DNA of 52,106 nucleotides, from NCBI GenBank assembly GCA_963733195.1, contig CAVTCR010000066.1, forward strand, positions 1 to 52,106, given 5' to 3'. Source of the DNA: an uncultured delta proteobacterium. Its GTDB lineage: Bacteria; Desulfobacterota; Binatia; Bin18. Made by a program: the position numbers and the translations under genes. This document shows positions 43,460 through 52,106 of this stretch, one piece after another. The number at the start of each line of letters is the position of its first letter. Within the stretch, counting starts at the first letter, position 1. A model generated the notes under the pieces. The model had not been told where the DNA came from, ran no database searches, and saw only the letters and a list, made by a program, of their open reading frames with translations.

Positions 43460-44682
43460 TCATGGTGGTAGCCCTCGCTGCGGCAGGAGGCGGGCAATCC
43501 TGTGCCAGTGCGTGCCAGCACAGTGGGGGCAGGGAGCGGCGGCGGTAGGTGAGGGAGCCGGGTCGGTGGCTGGCACTGACCCGGGAGACAGGAGAGGAGT
43601 CGCGGCCACGAGCGCCAAGAGCTGGCGGGCGCGAGCGAGCTTGGCCTGCCGTGTGCGATTAGCCAGCAAGCCATAGTGGCGAATCCGTACGAACCCGGTG
43701 GGCACGACGTGGAGCAGGAAGCGGCGGAGGAATTCTGTAGCCTGCAGTTCCATGAGTTTCGTGCGGCCTTGGGTCGCATAGTCTTTATACTGAAAGCGCA
43801 CGACGCCGTCGCCGACAAAGACCAAACGTGAATTGGCGATGGCCACCCGATGGGTGTAGCGGCTGAGATACTTCAGCACCTGCTCGGGACTGCCCCAGGG
43901 CGGTTTGGCATAGACCACCCACGGGTTTGGCGTAGAGCTGGCTGCCGCAAGGAATTCCATGCGGCCTCCTCGGCCCACGCGGCACTCGCGCCGGCAAAGG
44001 TCAGCCGCTGCTGACTACGTAACCGCTCCAGCCCCGCGAGATACTTGCCCCGGAAGACTGCGCCCAGGGCTTTGACGGCAAACAGAAAGCGGCGGTGACA
44101 GGCGTGCCATTGCGTGCCGTCTGGACTCAGGCCTCCGCCCGTCACCACACAGTGCACGTGAATATGCTCGGTCAAGGTCTGGCCCCAGGTGTGGAGAACC
44201 GCCGTGATGCCGAGTTCGGCCCCGAGATGTTTGGGATCACGGGCAAACTCCTGCAAGGTCTGGGCGGCGGTTTGGAACAATAAGTCGTAGAGGGTCCGTT
44301 GGTTCACGCGAATCAGAGGATTGAGTTGATGGGGTAAGGTGAAGACAACGTGGAAGTAGGGCACCGGTAGCAGCAAGGCCTGCTCCGCAGCTAACCATTT
44401 GGCACGTGCACTCCCTTGGCACTTGGGGCAGTGCCGATTGCGACACGAGTCGTAACAGACCCGCTCCGTCCCGCAACTCACACATTGTTCGACATGCCCG
44501 CCTAACGCTGCTGTCCGACACTGCGCAATGGCCCGTAAGACGCGCGCTTGCTCGTGCGAGACCGCATGCGTGGCCCGAAACGCTGCGCCATACGCCCGCA
44601 CGATGTCGGCGACTTCAAAGGGCGGAGGCGAGGGATGAGCGAGAGCGGGAGGCGCTGTCGAAGGCAACGACAGCGGCAGCAT
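43460..44682 (-). CDS. IS91-family HUH (Y2) transposase with Zn-binding domain (frameshift near 43930)
   Basis: CRTAALGG...SCRNRHCPKC, HVVFTLP, LHTWG..EHIHVH (HUH), YLSRYTHR, EFLRRFLLHV..GFVRIRHYG. Confidence 0.93.
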
Positions 44683-44685
44683 CGG

Positions 44686-45535
44686 TTATCCCGCCGCCTC
44701 GACGTCCGGTAAGCTCTCCAAGGGTGACCCGTGCGCGGTCAGATGATGTTGCGCGAGGTGCACGTAGTGCATGGTGGTCGTCACACTCTCGTGGCCCAGC
44801 AACCGTTGCAGAGTTGCCAGATCCGCGCCGCCTTCCAACAAGTGGGTCGTAAACGCATGGCGCAACGCATGAATGCCGCCCGCTTTGGTAATGCCCGCGC
44901 GCTCCTTGGCTGCGTAATACATGCGTTGCGCTGTCTCGATGGGCATCGGCGCCGGCTTGCTTTGCCGGGGGAAGAGCCACGGTGGGGTCGGCCGATACAA
45001 CTGCCAGTAGCGGCGTAACTCGGCCACGAGGCGTGGGCCGAGCAAGCGTGTAGCGATCCTTGCGCCCTTTGCCTTGTTCGACGCGCAGCATGCCGCGCCC
45101 GGCGTCAATGTCACTGACTTGCAGGCGCACGACCTCACTGACGCGTAACCCACCGCCATAGGTGGTCATCAGCAGGGCACGCTGGCGCACGGTGGTCGTA
45201 CTGGCCAGCAACCGCGCCACCTCTTCGCGACTGAGCACTTCCGGCAACGTCTTGGTCCGCTTGGGTAAGGGCACATTCGGCCAGGGCCGACGGAGGGTCT
45301 GCGTGTAGAAAAACCGGATGCCCATGATGGCCACCCGCACGCTGCTGGCCGAGAGGTGGCGCTCTTCAATCAGGAACCGAATATACGTCTGGAGTTGCGC
45401 CTCACTGAGCGTGTCGGGCCGTTGGTGATAGTACTTGGCGATGCCCTGGACTGCCGTCAGATATGCTTCTTGCGTCCGGGGTGCCATCCCATGCAGAATC
45501 AGCGCCTGCTGCATCCGCTCGCGTAACTCGCCCAT
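44686..45535 (-). CDS. Tyrosine recombinase (IntI/Xer-related, no IntI-specific insertion), frameshift near 45045
   Basis: [37 protein letters not shown]...TTMHY; start MGELRERM with RBS AAGGAGG. Confidence 0.92.
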
Positions 45536-46629
45536 ACTGACCTCCTTGGCGTCCGTGGCCTCCACGACCACGACGCAGTAATTTGAGGAGGTCATGACGC
45601 ATAAGGATAGGAGTTGCCAAGCCTCGGAGCGAGGACACGATAGCAACAGAAGAAAATTTCACTGGAAGTTATGAACCGAGGAGCCGCCGCGCAGCGGTTT
45701 CGTTCAACTTTAATTCAACGGCAATGCTCCTGGCTATTAGCAGAAACATCTTCCTAGCAATAGCCAGAACGGTCTACCGGTAGACAGCTCTATACGTATA
45801 TTAGTAGGAACATTTATCTGGCTACATATGGGAAGTTTTCCAAAAGCCCTGCAAAAATACTGAAAGGGCATAGTCCTTTTTTGTCCGTTTAATCCTCACT
45901 TTCCGATCAGTTTGTGAGATCAATAAAAACAACCACTTGCCCGTCCGGTAAATCAGTCCGACATTCCGTACACAATTTCCAACAGCAAGCATCAACGTTT
46001 CCTCTATGATGCCGATACCGCCTCTGAAGCCACGTGTTTCTCCCAACGTCGCGTGGCTAGGGCACGGGGGATGGTCTCCCGTGCTCCTCCTGTACGCTCC
46101 TGCCACCACTCGCAGAAAACTTCAGAAAACAATTCTCTCCTCCGTGTTTTGGCTTGGTGAAAATGGGCGCTAGCAAGCGCGCAAACAGACACTCCTGGTG
46201 CGGCCTTTCGGGATCATTCACAAATTGTTTTTGATGCAAAGGAAATCAGGAGGTTAGAATAGGGCGAACTTGACATACGGGCCGCTTATCGGACATTGAC
46301 GGAGGTAGAGAAGTTTTTCAGGTCAAATTGAACGGAAAAAGCGAAAGCGACTTCCGCCAGGAGCAGAAATTGAGGCGAGAGAAGCTGAAGCCAAACGAAG
46401 AAAATGATGGAAATAGAGAGTGGCTCTAACGCACCTTACTAATTTCTAAATAGCTCCACACTCGATGGAAAGTGATAATCTATTGCGCATAACTGTAAAA
46501 CAAGCTCTACGCCGCTCTCTTGGCGGCAGAAGCTCATTCGTCTGTTGAGTGCCACATGTAGCACTTTCCGTCCAATGTGTTTCTATTTAGGTGAGCGATA
46601 ATGTATGAATGTGGAGTACTGAAGATAAT

Positions 46630-47569
46630 ATGATGGTAGGTGTACCAGAGCCGCACCCTTTGGACTACGACTGGCGTTTCGTAGCGGAAACGACAGTACG
46701 GGTGGCAAACCTTGTGCGGAGCATCAACCTGTCTTACTATAGGTGCGCCATCGGTAGCGCAATACCTTGAGCAAATAGGAGAGGATGTAACTTTAGTAGA
46801 CCGGCAGCCGCTTAGCTTGTGACAAAACATCGAATCCTGGACACCTGCGCGGCCCCACCCATTGAACCGCTTTTCAGTTTCGTCGTTGTGGACCCGCCAT
46901 GGTATCCTGAAATGTTCACTCGCTGGCTTTGCTGGGCTGCCAACTTTGCTTTCGCTAGCGCAACTCTCGTTTGCTCACTGTGGCCGAGAGTCAACTAGAC
47001 CCTCAGCAACAATGGAACGATCAGCTCTCATTGAGTGGCTTAACACCTGGGCGCAAGTGGAACTCGTGACCAATTTCTTCCGATATGAGATGCCACTGTT
47101 TGAACAGGTCGCTCCGGCGCCGCCGTCGTATTCGCTTAGTCGGAGGTCGCCGTCTTCCGGCGACATGCTTGTAATCCGCAAAATTATAACTCCAGCTCTG
47201 CCAGCTGTTTTGCATGGAGAAGTAGTCTGGCACCGATTTATATTTGACAACTACCAGATCGCTCTCCGCCAGCGCTCGTCCGATGAGGACGCTGTGACGA
47301 TTTACAAACACCCTAATGCGCGAGGGTGGATTTGGCCATTTGTAAGCCGGAGAGCTGCGGGGCGGGACAAGATAATTTGTGGAGTTCACGCAACGAGGTA
47401 GCTGTCGTTGAGGGGGGCACAGCTTCTACTCGACATGTTCCGCGAGTTAGGAAACACTGGACGTAACGGGCTGGGGAAAGGGCGACTTAGAGCACTAGCC
47501 CCCTTGCTGGAGTGGCACTTGGCGACATCCAACTTTAGGAGGGTACTAGAGTGGACTCACCGCGCGTAG
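46630..47569 (+). CDS. Putative SAM-dependent methyltransferase-like protein (frameshifted; mostly missed by the ORF track)
   Basis: Manual translation across indels: MMVGVPEPHPLDYDWRF ... IGAPSVAQYL..VTLVDRQP (motif I/II-like) ... FVVVDPPWYP (motif IV) ... TRPSA..ER ... VSRRAAGR..WSSRNEV ... EWTHRA-stop, overlapping the next gene. Confidence 0.6.
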
Positions 47570-49002
47570 CTCTGCGATTTCGGGATGCAATTCCTGATAT
47601 TGATACTATCGCTGAACATCGCACTATAATTGTTCGCGAAGGTGCTGCATGGTGGGGGTGGTGGAAAAAAGATTTCGAGCCACCCTACACTGATTTCCTG
47701 GATGAGTTGAGTGCATCCCCAGGGAACGTGATACTAATTGATCGTGCGAGCCGCCGATCTTTTGTCGCGCGGTTCTTGCGAGTCTTGCGCTCTGGAAAGG
47801 GCACCCCAGACGAAACAAGGATTCCGCCATACTACCGTAGGGCTGCCGATCAAGTCTCTGCTTGGTTCCTCTTGAGTGAGATTCATGACACGGAATATCG
47901 AGAGGATATCGGGCGCCGGCTCGGTGAGACCACCCTCCTTGTACTGGACACTGCTGAGCGGTCGCAAACAGCTGCAGGATCGACACCGGACTGGGTATCC
48001 ACTAGTGATCGGGACGTCGTACTGCACCTATCGGATCTTCACTTTGGGGATGACTTCGCATTCCAGTCACCAGGAGTGCGACAAAATATTGGAGACCAAC
48101 GCCAGAGTCTGACTAAATGTGTGGCTGAAGACCTAAAGAGAATTGGAATATTCGACAGCGTTGGAGCAATTCTGATTACCGGTGACTTCACAACCCGGGG
48201 GGACTGGAGTGACGGCACACGAGACAGATCTTGGACGAACTGTCGTTACTTGCTCAGGCGCTAAGAGTATCCTCAGGAGCACATTGTGGCTGTGCCGGGA
48301 AATCATGATGTTGTGCGATATCCGGCCGGAAAATCGATAGACCTCACTCAAGTTGCGGTTAACCAGCAAACCACCTACAAGCATGAACGGGATTTTCGCC
48401 TCTTCCTTGAGCAATTGACTGGTCGTCGTTGGAGCGAGCCGCTAAATAGAATCGCATCATACCGCCTAAAGGATGTTGACCTTCAACTGTGTATACTGAA
48501 CTCGTGCACGATTGTCGCTACTCAGTGGACTGAATACGGGTATGTCGGTCCATCAGGAATCGATGTACTTCAAGCCCTAGAGAATACTAATATTTCCCGT
48601 CCCACCTTCCGACGCATGGCGCTTCATCATCACCTTGTTCCTGTAAATCGAATCGAAGCTCCGAATGAGCAAGGCGTATCGCTCACGCTAGATGCCGTGG
48701 AATTACTCGACGTGGCGGACCGCTGCGGCATCCACCTTGCGGTGCATGGACACCAACACCTTCCGCGTATCATGCAATACACGAACTTGCCGCTGTCATC
48801 AGATAATGCATTTCGTAAGGGAATGTTTATTGTGGGTGCGGGAAGTACTGGTGCTATCGAGGCACGGAGACCGGTGGCTGAAAGAAATTCCTACTCTGCC
48901 TACAGATTTCGATCAAACGGTGTTCAGATGTGGATGAGGGAGCTTAAGAAGAACGGACGCGAAAGCTGGTGCGTCGTTGTTCAACAACAATCTGCCTATT
49001 AA
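47551..49002 (+). CDS. N-terminal WWGWW domain fused to a calcineurin-like metallophosphoesterase (frameshift near 48225)
   Basis: LHLSDLHFG, TGDFT, PGNHD, LHHH, HGHQH metal motifs; N-terminal ALRFRD..TIAEH..IIVREGAAWWGWWKK. Confidence 0.8.
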
Positions 49003-49180
49003 CCCCTTGTAGTCAACACGACTATAAAGTCCGCCTAACACCTATCAGGGGTATGACAACGAAATGCGTTAACCCTGTGTTTGGGTCAGTACGCTCTTTG
49101 GCTATTCTTACTATATAAATATCACTTTATGTGATAAACTTATTAAATAACTCTTGGTTGACAGACTGCCGTCCATTTTC

Positions 49181-49552
49181 TCATGGCTTCGCCAAACACG
49201 CCTTCCGCTTTTCCGACCTTGCCGCTCTGACAATTTGCGTTTGAAGTAGGATTCCCTTGGCGTTGCTTGATCCGATCGATTTCATCTTGATGGGGGCTGC
49301 GATACAGCAAACCGGGCGCGATGGTGATGTTTCTCGGGCAAACAAGAACAACGTATTGGGGAAGGCGGCGACGTCGGCGGGCAAGCGATAGCGCTTGATC
49401 AAGCGGTGGTCGAGTTTCTCATAGGGATACAGATAGTGATTCTGCGGACAGCGATACCGATCCTGCTTCCGGTCGTAGATGAAATCCCGGCCACTCAACT
49501 GGCCTTCGCCCAGGTGCTCTTTCACCTTGAATATAACCCCCAGACCCCCCAT
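49181..49552 (-). pseudogene. IS1182-like transposase fragment abutting a truncated secreted-protein start (49419-49700)
   Basis: DFIYDRKQDRYRCPQNHYL resembles IS1182-family transposases; fragment only. Confidence 0.55.
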
Positions 49553-50786
49553 TGGGGGTCAATCCTGTTCCGGCATCCAGTACGTAAAGATCATCCGTTA
49601 CGACTTGCGCTGCTATCCATCCGACAAATACACCAAGGTTCAAGCCGAGGAGAAAAAGTAAACAAAGTAAGAATTTATTAGGCACTATCGAGTTTTTCAC
49701 ATGAACCTCTCACATATGAGTAAGTTGGCTGCATCGTAGAGAAGCATTTTGAGTTTTTCTGACGAGTAAAATGAAAAATCCATACCCCATCATGCAAGAA
49801 AAAAATCAGCGTGGCAGATGGGAAAACCCTCTGTGAACAAAAACTACTATGGACTCCAATAAAAAGCCGGGTGCCTGGTGTGACTGAACAACAGTCACGC
49901 TGGCAACCCGGCCGAGCTTCTTTTTCCCCTCGTGTGCCTGATCCTAATTTAGGCGTTACCGCACCGCAGCACCTCTCCCCTCCCCTTCCTCGCTGACTCT
50001 GGTAGCAGTGTTGTGGGCGAAGTTCCGTCGGCTTTCCGTCGCCGGGTCACCCCGGGTTTGGCAAGTCCACTATCAGTGCGACTCCATAGCAGACACGTTC
50101 AGAAGAAAGCAAGGGATAGGACTTCACTGTGATGTCCCCTGTATGAAGAAGAAGTTTACACAAACCCTTCTCACTGAATTATTACGCGGAGAGTCACACA
50201 GGCAGTGAAATTTCAGACTCGCGGCGGTTTTTATGCCTTAAAAAGGCAAGTAGCGGGCGTAAACAAAAAGTCTTTTGTAAACACCAAATTATTACATATG
50301 CATTTGATGCAAAAGCAGCATCTTAATGGCATCTTTTTGATGCTCTTTTTCTCCCACGATCGCTTGCTCAAACATGAAGCGACCCGAGTTGCGGGCTTGC
50401 TTCGTAGACAATGGCTCACCATCCGAAAAGTCCGGGAGTACAGAAAGAGCAAAACAACGCCTTTATCGGGCTGGCAGATACTTTATGCGGCTTGGTACGC
50501 GATGCTGAGGAAGGAAATGCCTGGGCAGTGAATGCCGTACAGCGATTACAGCGAAATGGCTTGCTAGAAGCGTTATGAAGGCAAAAAAAGCCCCCGTGGT
50601 TAGGGGGGTCTCGCCTAGACTGCTTTCACAGTCATCCGCCATACGGTCGGGATTCGGCTTACCCAGAAAGAATATCACAAAGTGACAGCGACCTGAAGGT
50701 TAAAATGCAACGATGACATTAAAAAGATGCCTAAATAGCATCTTTTTTGTTCCTACGACTATTCTCTATAAAGGGCGAATTTTCTA

Positions 50787-50809
50787 CACTATAGCACTGG
50801 GTGCTATAG
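50787..50809. promoter_or_regulatory. Palindromic operator upstream of the RelE/XRE TA
   Basis: ACTATAGCAC-TGG-GTGCTATAGT, perfect 10-bp inverted repeat 23 nt before the toxin start. Confidence 0.7.
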
Positions 50810-50832
50810 TATATAAAGGTTGCGGAGGTGGG

Positions 50833-51221
50833 GTGCGGATTTTTAAGACAAAATGGTTTGGCCGTTTTGCGCGGAAAGAACGTATCAGTGACCGTCATCT
50901 CGCCGCAGCCGTGCGCGAGGTAGAACGAGGCCTGCATGACGGGGATCTCGGCGGCAACCTTGTAAAGAACGTCTGGCCCGTCAGGGTGAAGGAAAACGGG
51001 GTGGATACCGGACGATTCTTGTCTACCGCAGAGGCGACAGAGCGATATTTGTCTATGGATTCGCGAAGAGCGACCAGGCGAATTTGAGTCCTATGGAATT
51101 GCGGGAGTATCAGAAGTTGGCGCGCATCTATATGCGCTTCAGTGAGACCGATCTGGCGAAAGCTCTGAAAGGCGATGAATTACAGGAGATCAAGAACGAT
51201 GACGAAGAAATATCGCAGTGA
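50833..51221 (+). CDS. RelE/ParE-family toxin (DUF1044/HigB-like), one frameshift
   Basis: VRIFKTKWFGRFARKE...DLGGNLVK-RLAR.GEGKRGGYRTI...YGFAKSD. Confidence 0.85.
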
Positions 51222-51513
51222 CGCATTGGAAGCTTTGCACGAATCCGTGCAAGGGTTGCATCGCCTTGGCCTTGTGGATACCAGGACCATGCGGGAGTTC
51301 GATCGTCCTGCCTGACGCCGGTTGAACATTCACGCCCCGGCAGATCGCCCAGCTGCGAAAGCATACAGGAGTAAGTCAGGCGGTGTTTGCCAGCTATCTG
51401 AACGTCACGGCCGACTAGTTAGTAAATGGGAACGCGGTGAAAAACAACCGCAGGGTCCGTCCTTGAAGCGGCTTTCTCTCGTCCAGCGCAAAGGGTGGGA
51501 AGCCATTGCGTAA
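51199..51513 (+). CDS. XRE-HTH antitoxin (HigA-like), frameshifted
   Basis: MTKKYRSDALEALHE..LHRLGLVDTRTMREFD ... VSQAVFASYLNV...VSKWERGEKQPQGPSLK. Confidence 0.85.
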
Positions 51514-51593
51514 TCGTACTTGTCCTCAATAAGGAAACAAAAACTTCTCCAATTCAGCCATCCAAATGATCCCTTAATAGCATCGTTTGGATG

Positions 51594-51872
51594 TCAGTAG
51601 GATGCCTTCTCCAGTTTCTCGATAATCGCTTCCATAAGCCAGCGATGCCGGGAAGTCTTGATACGCTGGGATTTGACGCAAGCATCTATTTTTTGCAGCA
51701 GGGAAACCGGCAGGCGGAGTTTCACCTGCTGCTCGGCCTCTTCATTCTCGGCGGCCAGGTGGTCTTTCTGCAGGCGACGCCATGCCTTTAAAAATGACGG
51801 CTTTGATTTTGTCCTCTTGGGTTGATGGCTTGGCCCCCTGCCCGGTTTGGGTTTTCGGGTAATCGTACTCAT
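51594..51872 (-). CDS. Ribbon-helix-helix (CopG/ParG-like) protein
   Basis: VKLRLPVSLLQKIDACVK...SRHRWLMEAIIEKLE. Confidence 0.6.
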   Translation of the reverse strand: MSTITRKPKPGRGPSHQPKRTKSKPSFLKAWRRLQKDHLAAENEEAEQQVKLRLPVSLLQKIDACVKSQRIKTSRHRWLMEAIIEKLEKASY

Positions 51873-52106
51873 AGGAGTGTCGGTGATTTTTCTGCAGATC
51901 TTACGGTTGTCGTGATGCTGCTGAGGAAATTCAAGGGCTTACGAGAGTAAAACAAATTGTGAACTCTTTTACTTATTTCCGAAAAGGTCCTCGAGAAAAC
52001 TCCTTTAAATTCGCCTGGTTAGATTTCTCTGCCTACTGCCTTTTTCGTTAGCGTATTAAATTTCACAAAAAGCACCGACACTCCATGTCTGGCTCACCAC
52101 TAGTGC

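Larger units (their letters stand above)
43093..45708 (-). mobile_element. IS91-like element with upstream tyrosine recombinase
   Basis: Integrase + HUH transposase genes in tandem; inverted repeats GTTGAACGTAACCGCGGC (43176-43193) and GCAGCGGTTTCGTTCAAC (45691-45708), 16/18 identical. Confidence 0.85.

Noticed and set aside
44686-45535. Calling the tyrosine recombinase a true integron integrase (intI)
   Set aside because: The segment between GKGRKDR and HALRH is short and lacks the IntI-specific insertion; the gene is co-directional with the cassettes and paired with an IS91 transposase
50008-50531. Short ORFs in the AT-rich region
   Set aside because: No recognisable domains; could not support a rep gene or iterons by eye
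1-52106. CRISPR array, tRNA or rRNA genes
   Set aside because: No regularly spaced direct repeats, cloverleaf or rRNA signatures noticed by eye; tRNAscan-SE and CRISPR finders not run

Overview
Bacterial window with very frequent single-base indels that split many otherwise intact genes, most likely long-read assembly errors. The gene repertoire (several amidohydrolases, two BKACEs, an AAA-cyclase-TPR protein) suggests a Binatia-like organism (inference only). 1-33.3 kb is catabolic/housekeeping: P450, hydrolases, EmrAB-TetR, SDR, CoA-transferase, plus an FMN-binding/ApbE/porin/di-heme locus with a Fur box. 33.3-52.1 kb is an accessory defence/mobile island. Its core is a minus-strand integron-type cassette array with attC sites but no intI visible in the window. 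From head to tail it carries (1) an IS91-like HUH transposase + tyrosine recombinase unit that is itself formatted as a cassette, (2) an AbiGi-like gene whose attC is split by an ORF-less group IIC intron that in turn contains an IS630, (3) a PD-(D/E)xK nuclease, (4) an Ec67-like retron (RT-TOPRIM with msr-msd ncRNA and its own promoter), (5) a HEPN-motif protein, (6) an MNT-HEPN toxin-antitoxin pair, then decayed cassettes. Right of the array are a coupled methyltransferase-like + WWGWW-domain/metallophosphoesterase operon (candidate new methyl-nucleotide defence system), a RelE/XRE toxin-antitoxin pair and an RHH gene.
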